64,000 nt of DNA from contig NC_091469.1 of the NCBI RefSeq assembly GCF_036971445.1, positions 292,826,001-292,890,000 on the forward strand, written 5' to 3'. The notes beneath the pieces were generated by a model. It saw only the letters and a list, made by a program, of their open reading frames with translations. It did no database searches and had not been told where the DNA came from. The stretch comes from Narcine bancroftii. Its lineage: Eukaryota. The first letter of the stretch is position 1, and every line of letters begins with the position of its first letter. Both the position numbers and the translations under genes were made by a program. Shown one piece after another: positions 1 to 11,699 of this stretch.

Positions 1-149
1 CCCGTCCCCCTATCCCTTCAGGGCTGCTTTGGGACATCGTTATGGTGGCTGACTTTGTTATCTATAATCCCTTACACAGCTGGAACTGCTCTGGGAAATG
101 CAGAGTGGTTCCAGTTTCATGGGGGATTATTGATCCTGCATTGAGCAGC

Positions 150-442
150 CGTTGTCACGTCCCGAATTGGCCCGCTGTTGTCAGATGGTATGATTTTTTA
201 TTTTAATCGCCTACATGACGCAGAATGTCAGCGCTGATGTCACGACTCTTCCCCTGCATTTGCCTTTTCATACTGCAGGGGGAGGTTGGTCTGGGAAAAT
301 TACCTGGGCCCGTGGCCCTTCCTCTTAGTGTCAAGGACCCGGGTAATTTTCCATGGCTGACATTTTCACACCGCCGGTTCACGGGAGGGCTCCCAGGAAA
401 ATTTCCCGTGAATCCCATTTGACACGGCGGTGTAAAAAGGCC
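150..442. mobile_element. GC-rich palindromic non-autonomous DNA transposon remnant (PIF/Harbinger-like)
   Basis: Ends in cggcggtgtaaaaaggcc (TIR-like); internal inverted motifs ggaaaattacctggg / ccgggtaattttcc. Left end not defined. Confidence 0.4.
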
Positions 443-1075
443 TTGTGATGCAATTAGTCAGAATGCTCTCCATGTAGAACTTTGGCTCAGTCTTTCGGTG
501 GCGAACCAAATCTCCTCAAACTCCTAATGAAATATAGCCACTGGTTGCTTTCTTCGTGAATGCATCGCCATAAGTGTCCCAGGATAGGTCTTCAGAGATT
601 TTGACACCCAGAAATTTGAAGCATCTCACCCAGTCCACTGTCGAATCTCAAGGAGGGCTGGTTCCCCTGGCTTCCCCTTCCTGAAGTCTACAATCTAATC
701 CTTAGTTTTACTGAGGTTGAGTGTAAAGTTGTTGCTGGGACACCACTTAACTAGTTGATCTATTTCACTCCTCAATGCCGACTGTGATTCTACCAACAAC
801 CCATGGAGTCTTTGGCAAATTTGAAGATGGTATTTGAATTATGCCTTGGTACCCAATCATGGGTGTAAAGTGAGTAGAGCAATGGGCTGAGGAGGCATCC
901 TCGAAATGTGCCTGGTTGATTGTCAGTGAGGAGGTGATGCTGTTTCTGATCCGCACTGACTGTGGTCTTTCGATGAAGAAGGATCGAATTGTAGAGGGAG
1001 GTGGAGAGGCCCAAGTTTTGATGCTTGCTAGCCAGTACTGAGGGGACCATGCTGTTGAAAGCTGAGCTGTAATCA
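443..1075 (-). mobile_element. Rex1/Babar LINE RT fragment
   Basis: Minus-strand degenerate RT: DYSSAF, GCLLSPLLYSLYTHD...SNTIFKFA (ORF 790..1050), then ESILTNCIT near 443. Confidence 0.85.
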
Positions 1076-1077
1076 CT

Positions 1078-1476
1078 AGCCTCTTTTAAACTGCACCACC
1101 TGGGTGGCCCTCCTGGGACCCAGGTGTGATTACTGGGGCAAAGGTGCTGGAAACACTTTTTAAATTGCAGGGGAATTGACCCATTAAATCGCCATATAAT
1201 GGTGGCGATCTAAGGGGGATCCTGGCCCTGCAATAACGCGTCACGCACTCTCCGGAAGTACTGCTGGATGTTTGGATGCTGGCTGCCCGGTGACGCACCC
1301 AAGCGAGCTCTGACATCACCAGAATAAGCGGGTTGGACATGACCTAGGTAAGTTTAACTGGGTTCCCTGACTACCTCTGAGGTAAGTCAGGGACCTGGTT
1401 GGATTCACGGGGGTGGGGGTTAACCGGGTCAAATCCTCTATAACTGCCGCGTAACTGGGGCGTTCACTGGGCAAAT
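1078..1476. mobile_element. GC-rich DNA transposon (MITE-like) remnant similar in style to 150-442
   Basis: Starts agcctcttttaaactgca; internal repeats of tttaaattgcag; right end lost. Confidence 0.35.
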
Positions 1477-1477
1477 G

Positions 1478-2292
1478 TATACTTTCTGCAGTACACCTGT
1501 GGAAGTTCAATAGACTTTGAATGTAGAAACATTGATGTGCCTTCTTCACAGTTGCTTTGATGTGCTGGCTCCAGGACAGGTTCTCTGATATGTGGATTCC
1601 CAGGAACTTAGAAGTACTAGCCCTTCTGATGCAACCATTCTGACTGGTTGCATCACCGTCTGGTACGGAGATGCCAATGCACAGGGCAGGAAAAGGCTAC
1701 AGAGAGTTGTGAACTCCATCAATGGCGTTAGTCTTTACTCCTTTAAGAGATAGTGTCTCAAACAGCAGCCTCTATGATCAATGACCCTCACCACCCAGGC
1801 CATGCCCTCTTCTGCGGGAAGCCTGAAGACGAACACCCCATATAACAAAAACAGCTTCCTCCCCTTCGCTATCTGAATGGACAATGAACCCCCAATACTA
1901 CTCTACCTCACTTTTTTCTCTTCTTTTGCACTAATCAATTTATTTCTTTAAATACTGTATTTATGGAAATGTGATGGAGGTGGTAGCACAATGCTGTTTC
2001 AGCGCCAGTGACCAGATGTCTGTAGGGAGTTTGTACATTCTCACCTTGTCTGCATGGGTTTCCTCTGGGTGCTCTGGGTCCCACCATTCAAAATGTACCA
2101 GAGTTGGAGGTCAATTGTGTTTCATTGGGCAGCACAGGCTTGTGGGCCAAAAGGACCTGTTAATATATGTACTATATGTCTAAATTTAAAACTTATGGCA
2201 ATTTTTCCCCCCGTAACGCACAATAACGCTGCCGCAAAACAATGAACTTAGTGACACACGTACATGACAATAAATTCTGATTATGATTCTGA
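1478..2292 (+). mobile_element. 5'-truncated Rex1/Babar LINE with inverted 5' segment (1478-1618 minus) and nested SINE
   Basis: Minus part encodes KFLGIHI..NLSWSQHI..VKKAHQ..FHRCTAESI; plus part resumes ILTGCITVWYG at ~1637 and ends aataaattctgattatgattctga. Confidence 0.75.
1975..2190 (+). mobile_element. V-domain tRNA-derived SINE (HE1-like)
   Basis: V-domain gagtttgtacattctc...gggtttcctctgggtgctc and tail gggccaaaaggacctgtt...tctaaatttaaa. Confidence 0.8.
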
Positions 2293-3134
2293 AGGCAAGA
2301 GCGGGGTTCTTCACCCTCCTCTTCTTAATGCAACCCACACTCAGCAGTCCCGTGTCTGTACTCAAGTGGAGTACATCTGTCGGATGTACGAGGTTACCAC
2401 GTGTTTGTTCTCGGCTGGCAGTGTGCTTTGTAACAGAATCCAGACGGATCCATGAAGCCAGTTTCTGATCAACAAGACCCCTAGAACTTTAACAGTCTGT
2501 TAAGACCCCCCCCCCCCACCCCCACCTGGGGCAGAACCAGCTGTCGGAACTCTTTCAATAGCTGGGAGTGGATGACATTCAAAAATATTGAAAAAAACGA
2601 CTAAAATCTTCAACATTGAAATTTGAAAATAAAATTCAAAATTATTAGAACACGACAAGCACTTAAAAATAATTTAAGACATTTAAACATACATTTGTTG
2701 AGGTAATTTTGAACCTGTAAATGAATCAAAAGTATGTAATCACATGGAACTGTTACAGTCCTTTGAAATGAACCAAGTTTTTGAACCTGCAGTGGGTCAA
2801 CCTGCCAGCAGCTCGATGCATGGATTTCACAGTGTAAATGTTGGTTCTTCACAGTTGGACTCCATGTGGAATCTGACGTTGGGAAGCCAACAGAATAATG
2901 GTGGGGAATTCTCAGGAAATTCAAGACTTCCCTGCTCATGTGCAGCTTGTAGACCCTCCCCCCAACAAAAATAAGTCATGCGCTAGTGATTTACATAATT
3001 CTTCACTGGAACATGGCCGACCCCTTATTCTTCCTTCTGGGTCCTGACTATCCCTCTCCCTCCATCAGGAGTACAGTGGCACAACTCATACCTCACATTG
3101 ACCACAAGGCAGGTTTCAAGTTGACCTGAGTTGC

Positions 3135-3350
3135 AGTTGCACGTGCAGTAAGTCCGTGGGTCCCCTGGTTTCCTCCCTCATCCCAAAGATGTGTGGGCCA
3201 GTAGGTTAATTGGCCAGGGTAAGAGTGGTAGAGTCTGGTGATATTGAAGAGAATATGAGGAGAATACCTACTGGGATTAGGATTGGTGTTAAGTGGATAC
3301 TTGATGGTCTGTGTCGACTTAATGGTCCGAAGGTGACTCATTGACTCAAT
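3135..3350 (+). mobile_element. Older V-SINE 3' fragment
   Basis: ggtttcctccctcatcccaaagatgtgtg...gtaggttaattggcc...ggtccgaagg. Confidence 0.6.
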
Positions 3351-3630
3351 AAAAGCATAACATTGGAATGATCATGGGGCACGTTACATTGGTTTGACTA
3401 CCAGTGAAATGTCCAAAGAGAGGTTTAAAGGCCTATGGCATCCTGGGCTTCAGTAATCGAGGGACTGAACTCAGGAGTCATAAGGTAATATTGCAGCCCT
3501 ATAAATATCTGGTGAGACCACACTTAGGATATTGTGTTCCGTTCTGCTCACCTCATTACAGGAAAAATGTGGAAGTATGAAGAGGGTGCAGAGATTTACC
3601 AGGTTGTTGCCTGGATTGGAAAATATGACT
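3350..3630 (+). mobile_element. CR1 (HER1-like) LINE RT C-terminal fragment
   Basis: Degenerate LYKxLVRPHLxYCVxFxSPHYRK-type sequence (ctataaatatctggtgagaccacacttagg...cctcattacagg). Confidence 0.75.
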
Positions 3631-3649
3631 TATTTAGTTTAGTTTACAC

Positions 3650-4024
3650 CTGTGGTTCTCAACCTTTTTCTTTCCATTCACATCCCACTTTAAGTAATCC
3701 CTATGCCATCGGTGCTCTGTGATTAGTAAGGGATTGCTTAAGGTGGGATGTGAGTGGAAAGAAAAAATTTGAAAGCCACTGTTTTAATTGTACCTTGTTG
3801 ACTTGTTATGTGTATGGTTTCATAACTCCAAAGGAAATGGGCCAATTATAATTTTTCTCAAGCAAAATATTTCAGTAACAATTGGGTCTAGAGCAGTGGT
3901 TCTCAACCTTCCCTTCCCACTCACATCCCACCTTAAGCAATCCCTTACTAATCACAGAGCACCAATAGCATAGAGATTGCTTAAAGTGGGATGTGAGTGG
4001 AAAGAAAAAGGTTGAGAACCACTG
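3650..4024. mobile_element. Composite hAT (Charlie-like) MITE: two inverted ~130 bp monomers around a 112 bp spacer
   Basis: TIR c(a/t)gtggttctcaacct...aggttgagaaccactg; 8-bp flanks gtttacac/gtatagac; monomers 3650-3781 and 3894-4024. Confidence 0.9.
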
Positions 4025-4225
4025 GTATAGACATACAGCACGGTAACGGACTATTTCGGCCCACGAACCCATGCCACCCAATTACACCCAATTGACCTAC
4101 AACGCCTGGTACGTTTTGAACTGCAGGAGGAAACCAGAGCCTCTGGAGGAAACCCATGCAGACACAGGGAGAACGTACAAACTCCTTACGTACAATGTGG
4201 GATTCGAACCTCGGTCCTGATGCCG
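4025..4225 (-). mobile_element. V-SINE (HE1-like)
   Basis: ggaggaaaccagagc...gaggaaacccatgcagacacagggagaacgtacaaactcc is the reverse complement of the V-domain; B-box-like gattcgaacc. Confidence 0.85.
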
Positions 4226-4234
4226 CCCAAGTTT

Positions 4235-4635
4235 ATGAGGCAAGGTTATCAGAGTGAGGGCTTTTGCCTTTGGAGCAAAGAAGGTTGAGAGGTGACTTTA
4301 TAGAGGTCTACAAGATTAGGAGCGGCATTGGAAAGGGAGACAGTTAACACCTTTTTCCCAGGGTGAGAGTAGCAAACAACAGAGGGAGGAAAGTTTAGGG
4401 GAGACAACAAGGGTGCGTTTTTTACACAGAGAATTGCGGGTGCCTGGAATGCATTGCCAAGGGTGTTGTTAGAGACTGGAACATTAGGGGCATTTAAGAG
4501 ACTTTTGGACAAGCACATGGATGAAAGAAAAAAAGAGTGTGATGAGGCAGGGAGGGTTTAGTATTTTTGGTAGGTATATATGGGTCAGCACAACATAGTG
4601 GGAAGAAGGGCCTGTACTATGCTGTAATGTTCTAC
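4235..4635 (+). mobile_element. CR1 LINE 3' end
   Basis: LEQRRLRGDxIEVYK, FFTQRIAGAWNALP, 3' UTR gggaagaagggcctgtactatgctgtaatgttcta. Confidence 0.85.
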
Positions 4636-4924
4636 AAACAATGTAGCCACTCATGATATCCTGATTTTGGCTCCTTCTAGCTCCTCACTTCCTCTTGCCT
4701 TAGGTGTTGGAACAGAGGTTGTGTGTGCCCTGTTTCTCTCATGGTGACTTGTCCAGAATTCGCGATAAGTCCCTGGTTCTCATTCTGTCTCATGTGCATA
4801 AGGGCAGTGGGTAGATTGTGTTTTTAAAGTCTTGGTTCATTGGTAGAACTCATGCCTTTGATTCTAAAGAGTTGTAGATTCAAATTCTACAACAGAGACT
4901 CCAGCGCAACATCCAAATTGATAT

Positions 4925-5125
4925 CCAATACAGTTAGTGTTGTGGTTAGTGCAATGGTATTACAGTGGCAGAGACTTGGAGTGGAATCCAGTGCTCGCTA
5001 CAAGGAGTTTGTATGTTCTCCCTGCGTCTGCGTTGTTTCCTCTGGGTGCTCCAGTTTCCTCCCACCCTCCAAAAACATGCAAGATTTGTAAGTTAATTGG
5101 TGTATTTGGGTGGCTCGAGTGAGAG
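4925..5125 (+). mobile_element. V-SINE
   Basis: ggttagtgcaatggtattacag...aaggagtttgtatgttctccc...gggtgctccagtttcctcccac. Confidence 0.8.
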
Positions 5126-5129
5126 GGCC

Positions 5130-5690
5130 GATGATTGTGGACTTCAGGAGGACCAGGAATGACCACCCTCCACTACACATCAACAACTCTGCAGTGGAGA
5201 GAGTGGAGAGAACCAGGTTCCTTGGAGTTCACTTAGCTAGTGACTTATCATGGATACACAACATCTCCTCACTTGTCAGGAAGACGCACCAGCGACTGCA
5301 CTTCCCGAGAAGTCTGAAGCGGCCATCATTATTTCAACCTTTTGCGGGAGCTCTATCGAGAGTGCAGTACGGTTGCTGCAGATCGGAGGTCAATCCACAG
5401 GATCATCGATGTGATCTACAGGGGATCGTTATCTGAAGAGGGCGCGCAAAATCATCGAGGACTCCTTCCAGCCTGCACACGGCATCTTTCAGTTGCTCCC
5501 TTCAGGAAAGAAATGTAGGAGCTATCAGAGCCAGCACCACCAGGCTGAGGGACAGGTTCTTCCCACGGGCAGTGAGAATGCTGAACGACTAAAGGAACTG
5601 CTCACACTGACCCTCCAAAACTCTCATATTCTTATTTATTTGTAAATATGAATACTTGTCCTGCATGTTTGTCTGTAAGTATGTGTATTA
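5130..5690 (+). mobile_element. Rex1/Babar LINE 3' fragment
   Basis: MIVDFRR..PLHINNSAVERVERTRFLGVHLASDLSWIHN (ORF 5110..5436), then LLPSG and 3' UTR. Confidence 0.85.
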
Positions 5691-5800
5691 TGCCACTCTT
5701 TTGGTCCTATGGAATGACCTCCGATCCATTTCTCTGCAGTAACCATACCACAATGTGATGCAACCGGCCAGGACGCTCTCAATAGAGCTCCTGTAGAAGG
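5690..5800 (-). mobile_element. Rex1/Babar fragment
   Basis: FYRSSIESVLAGCITLWYG (ORF 5688..5894). Confidence 0.75.
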
Positions 5801-8800
5801 AAATAATTAGAAAGGAAATGAGGAGCTTTAAAGGTGGGAGCAGATTGAGGCATGCCATGCTATAAAAAGGGGGACAATCGTGGCATTCTTGCACTGAGGA
5901 AAAGGTTAATCATTAACTCACCTGTTCTGTTTCACCCTGTGGTGCCCTGTGTCATAGAGCTTCCCCTCCACAGTCTGTGAGGCATAAAGAAGGAATGAGG
6001 CAAAAGACATCAATGATCCACTATAAAATACACTCATTCTGCATTGCTAAGTGTGATCTTGGCAACCCAAGTTAACTCTAGCTGCTTGCAACAGCTAAAA
6101 TGATTTTCTCTGAGAATGTGATCAGAGCTCAGTTTTCCTGCACAAAGCGGGAGAGAGAAAGAAACCCATGCACAGAGGAACCTATTCCAATTGAGTGCAT
6201 ATATATTGGTGTGGTTCATGGTTTGGAGCATAAAAACTTTTGTTCTTTAACATTATTATTCAGGCTGATGCATACCGGTAACAATATATCTTATTAAAGC
6301 ATTCACATGCAATAGTGTAATAACAGTGCAAAGGGAAAGTGATCTCAAAGTAAACCAGCACCGCTGAAGTATCGCACAGCTCCTAAGGCCTTGCTAGGCT
6401 CCAGTATTACAAGAGGCAGCTCTGTAGCAGATTAAATATCATCCTAGGTCAGGTTCTCATGGCCCAGACACAAGCACCAACATTCTTCCAATTATTCAAG
6501 GCTAAAGAGAGTGCGACCCTCCTGACAGAGTTGTGACACAGCATGATTAGATTTGGCTCAGTAGCGAGCCGAAAAGTGATCCATAGTATTTAATGTGGAA
6601 GGTGGGGGAGGGAGGTGAGGGGTTGGTCACTGAGAGAATCGAGGCAGTGCTCGAATGGCTCGTGACGCTCCTGTGTGTCTGTGCAAGCAATTACCAGACC
6701 CTGGAAACAGAGTGACAGCAGGGGTAAGAGGTGTGTGTGTGGTGGGGGGGGGGGGGGGGGGCTGCGGGGTCATTGGGGGTGGGGAGAGGTCACGTCAAAA
6801 TATGCTTTTGATTTTGATCATAACTTGACCCTGCATCCAGTTTCCAGTGACATTGGAAGAGCACTGTTATAAAAGGAGCCGTCCTTGACTCTTGTGCAAA
6901 GAATAAACACCATCCCCCTCCATCCGTCCGCACATTTTTGAATCAATGTTTGCAGCCATGTAGATATACAGAGAAGAAAAAGGAAAGATGGTTGTGAACT
7001 GTGAAATTATGGGCAGCAAAAGGACAAAGAGCGCTTAAGATGCAGAATGAACAGTCGGCCACACAAACTTATTGAGCAGCAGTTCCATGTACAACGGAGT
7101 GAAATGCTTAAGGGGGAGGGGTGGGGGAGGAACAAGGTGCATAATCAACCTGGGCAGGTCACTGTCAACAGGTATCGAAGACTTGTCACGACTTTCAGCT
7201 GAAAATTTAAACCATTCAGACTCCACACAAACTGGAAATGCAGAACATTCCTCAGTTGGTGAGCTGCCTCTTACAATAGGAAATGAGATCCTGCATGGGT
7301 TTGAAGTCTGTGAGGGGGAAACAAAGCCATAAAATGAAAAGCCATTCTAATAAAAACACCAACAGACCTCAGTAAGACAAAATAAAGAGTGCCAAGATTG
7401 TACACATTCAGACACAAAAGCTAGAGGAAATGCTAATTTGGATCTTGGCACACCCTTCCTGGCCTCTGATCACGAAGCCTGCTTGAATAAGAACAGAAGA
7501 ATTTTAGGGGACAGGATACAGTCATTAGGCCTGATGAGTCCATTCCTTTTTGATTGAAGAATTCCTCTTTACAATGGCGCTTAGAGTGGTTTTGCCAGTT
7601 AAATAATAAACCAAGTTGCGGGTAATTAGAGGGGATGTGCTGTTTTCACTAAAGAGACACAATTTGCCCATGAAGCGAAATCTCCCCATGCCCGCAGCCT
7701 CATAAGAAGCACGCTGGCCCTGATTCCTTCCAGCCACCCCACCACTCCTTTTAAAAAAGGAACAAAGTGCAAAATTTTCTGGTCAGCCTCATGTTTCCTG
7801 CTCCGCCTTGTAGAAAGCCGTTCATGGCTTTGGGTCCTTAAAATTTCCTCAGCTGAAAGAATACATATATTTGAATCGAAGAGGACCTTCAGACCTGACC
7901 TTCAGACTTACCAGTGACCTACTCTTTCATGTTAATTCTCCATACAAATGACCTCTCGTGTAAGGCCCCTAGGGTGGCATTGTTTCATGGCCTCTGCTAT
8001 TTTTTTTTCCTTGACATGTAAGTCACTTGTGCAGAAGAGAAAGAAAATTCTTTGAACAGTAAAAGAATAGTCTGTGTTGTTCAATATTCCTGTTTGACAG
8101 GTGCTTTAGTTAATCGAGTTTCACTCTTGCCCATTTAATTGCATTTACTGGCAGGGTTCAGCCACCACCATTATTTAAAGAGCAATAAATTATCTTTCAA
8201 TATTCATGTGCCAATCTTGATAAAACTTTCCTCGCACCAGAATTATGCAGAACAGTAGTTTATTCCCACAAATTTAATCAATTGATGTCTTTGTACATGC
8301 TTCTCTAAGTCACTTTTACCTTGTACTAAAAGAATCTGAGTTTCCATATTACAAATACAGAGGAGGTGGTTTATTTCGAGGGTGAGAGACTTCAAATTGT
8401 GAGTAAAGAATTGGAATTGTTTTCCTTAGAGCAAAGATAGTTGAGAGGAAATTTGATAAAGTTGCGTACATAAAACTTCAAACATAGGACAGCACAGTTG
8501 CAGATACAAGCCCTTTGGCCCAAATGTCTGTTCTGAGTATGATGCCCAATTTATACTTGAACCTCACTTCTTGCAGATGACATGCTTCCCTCCGTGCCCT
8601 GCACATTATTCTGTCCATCTGTAAGGTGGTGAACAGTGGAGAGAGGATAAGAAGTTCTCATGAACAGACTTTTCAAGCACCAGGTATAGTGGTTGAGGGC
8701 ATTGAGCAAGGCCCTGCCACTCACTGCCCGAAAGGCTGGCAGAAGCAGAGCTATCTAATGAGGGGAAGTAATTTGCAGGTCAACAGGGGGAATTGGAATG

Positions 8801-9204
8801 GGTGGATTGCTCCAGCATGAGATGGTACTGACTTGAAGGGCCAAGTGGCCTCAGTCTAAGCTGAAATGATTCTGAGATTCTATGATTCTATGGGCTGAAA
8901 GTTTGCAACAGATAGAGGAAAAATGTTGAACCTTCCTGAGGTTCCATTGGTCATAAATGGGAAATGCTACTAGGAAAGAATCAAGAAGATTTTGTATTCA
9001 ATCAAGATGAGAATACTGTTAGTAGAAAACTACAAATGAATCTTCACCTATAAAGGTAACAAAATGAGTTTTTTTTCCCAGATGGACACATCAATCATCA
9101 GATAGTGTGGTGCTAAACCAATAAGGTCAAGATGAGAAACCTCAGCGGAGACAGTAACACTGGCTTAAATAACCTTGTTACATGCTACCCTCCTCATCAA
9201 AACC

Positions 9205-9757
9205 TAGTGTCCATTTTGACCGGCTGCATCACTGTTTGGAATAGGGATACTAGTACCCCTGAGTGTAACGCCCTGCAAAACGTAGTGGACCAAGCCCAGG
9301 ACATCACAGGTAAAACCTTCCCCAGCACTGAGAATATCTACAGGAAACGGTGCCCGTCAGAGAGCAGCAGCAATCATCAAGGATCCACACCATGCACGAC
9401 ATGATCTGTTCTCGCTACTACCATCAGGAAAGAGGTGTAGGTGCCAAAAGACTCGCACCACCAGATTCAGGAACAGCTGCTGCCCCTCCACTATCAGGCT
9501 CCTCAACAACAAACTCAATCAGACACTCATTTAAAGACTCCCACTTTTGCACTTTATAGATTTTTTTCTCTCTATATTGCACAGTCAGGGTGTTTACATT
9601 TCTTTATTTGTTTACATGAGTACGTTGTGTACAGTTTTTTTTCTTTGCATTACCAATAATTGATCAATATTACCCTAATGTGCTGCCTCACCCACAGGAA
9701 AAAAGAACAGGGTATGATGTCATGCACGTACTCTGACAATAAATCTGAAATCTGAAC
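9205..9757 (+). mobile_element. Rex1/Babar LINE 3' end
   Basis: SILTGCITVW, LLPSGKR, tail aataaatctgaaatctgaa. Confidence 0.85.
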
Positions 9758-10214
9758 TTTGATTTGTATCAATACAGGATTTCGTTCAGAGGTGTATACT
9801 TTGGTTTACGTATCCATCGAGGAATAAAACAGTACACTTGCCTAAACATGGAACTTGACTGAAAACTCACCAGAAGTAATTAAAGCTCATTATCCAGATT
9901 CACAGATGCTGCAAAAAAAAACTTGATTAGCCAAAGCAATTGCCAACTCCAGCAAGTTGCTTGGTAACCTGATGTCATGTTTACAACTACTATTAAAAGG
10001 GCAAGACTGCTTTTCACAAGAGGTACCCTCAGTTGTTAAAGTCTCCCCAACAGCCTGGTGCAAAGCAGAAAGGTCACAGTTCAGAAGGAGTCTATTCGAC
10101 CCACTGAGACTATGCCAGTATTATGCAAGAGAAATCCTGCTGCTCTCATTGCCCCCCCCCCTCCCCCCCACCCTCCGACTCTCTCTCTTTAGAACTCTGC
10201 AATTTTTCCTACAT

Positions 10215-10425
10215 GGCAGCAAGGTTAGCGCCACGCTGTTACGGCACCGTCGACCTGGGTTTGAATCTGGCACTATCTGTACGTTCTCCTTGTGTCTGCG
10301 TGGGTTTTCTCCCACCTTTCAAATCGCACAGAGATTATAGGTCAATTAGGTATAATTGGGCAGCATGAAAACATGGGCTGGAATGGCCTGTAACCATGCT
10401 GTAGGCCTAAATTTAATTAAAAATT
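10215..10425 (+). mobile_element. V-SINE
   Basis: ggcagcaaggttagcgccacgctgttac, gggtttgaatc, V-domain, tail taaatttaattaa. Confidence 0.8.
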
Positions 10426-10837
10426 TAGAATTATTCCCTTCTCTTCTGAAAGCCGTAACAAATCTACCTTCACAACCATACTTAGAAAGAGGGGTAATTT
10501 ACCAAATTGAGGGTAAACATTGAATTGTGGGATCAAATCTGTTTCATAGATCTGACAGAGCTGAATAATTTCCATTCATGTGTGATTTTTTAATTAATTT
10601 TTGGGACTTGGATATTATGAAAAGACCAGCATTTCTTGAACATCCTCAACTGCTCTTGAATTCAGTCCCACCAATCATTTGATCCTTCCTTGAGTTCAAT
10701 CCCTTACAGAGGCACTGCCAGAATGGGGGGGAGGGGGGGTGGGGGTTGGAACACAAAGTCCCACCACATTTAAAATGAACTTGGGTGAACACTTGAAGAG
10801 CCAAATAATGGACCAGGAGCTGGAAAGAGGTGGAGTG

Positions 10838-11060
10838 GCAGGGTTAGCGCAACACTAGTACAGCACCAGATTCAAACTCTTGTCACCAGCAACCCACGTT
10901 AGAATCCAGCAGTGTCTGAAAAGGGCTTGTATGTTCTTCCAGTGACCTGGTTGGGTTTCCACAGGGTGTTCTGGTATCCACCCTGTGGAAGAACAGGGTA
11001 TAATTGGGCAGTATAGGTTTGAATAGCTGGAATCAGCATTTACCATGTTGTAAATAATAA
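10838..11060 (+). mobile_element. V-SINE (diverged)
   Basis: ggcagggttagcgcaacacta...tgtatgttcttcc...gggtttccacagggtg. Confidence 0.65.
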
Positions 11061-11263
11061 TAAAACAAAAATGAGATGAATCAAACATCCATTTTTGGTT
11101 GGCATAGTCACGATTGGCCAAAATACCTCTTTCCATGACATAAATTTGAATATATCCATGATAATGATTTGGAGATTAATGTGAATTTAAATTGTTCATT
11201 GACTGTTCATTAGGATTAAAATATAGAAATAACAAGTATTTTTTTTCCCTGATATGTTTGTAT

Positions 11264-11555
11264 TGTAGCAGCCTATGCCTGGAGACGGCAACCAGCCTGC
11301 AAAATGGCTGATGAACGCGGCGACCGTGTGGACCTGGGGGTGACACCGGCCGTCATCTCAGGTGATCTCCGCACGGTGGGAAGAAGGGAAACTCTGGTGG
11401 GAATGCTGGACAACCTGAGGTCGGTACGCTGATGATGCAGGCCCCTGATGCCAGGGGTCCCTATAAGCAGAGCTGTGATGTAATAAAAAAGTCTTCGATT
11501 TCAACTCCTCGTGTGTGTGTCTTCCTTCCACACTCATCATAGCACATACGCTACA
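11264..11555 (+). mobile_element. Solo LTR (Gypsy-like)
   Basis: tgtagc...gctaca inverted termini, TATA-like ctataag (~11462) then aataaa (~11482); 4-bp flanks gtat/gtag. Confidence 0.8.
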
Positions 11556-11699
11556 GTAGTACTATTTATGAATGTATTTTTGGGTGGGGAGGTGTGGGTT
11601 CCACCATCCTCTTCCTGACCAACATGTGCCTACTGTGGCGAGAGACTCAGCCTGCACAGTGGAGGGAGGGGGGGGTATGTAGTGCTGTCTTATATTCCT

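Noticed and set aside
2744-2974. 76-aa ORF in unique DNA
   Set aside because: No recognisable domain or convincing splice context; length is expected by chance.
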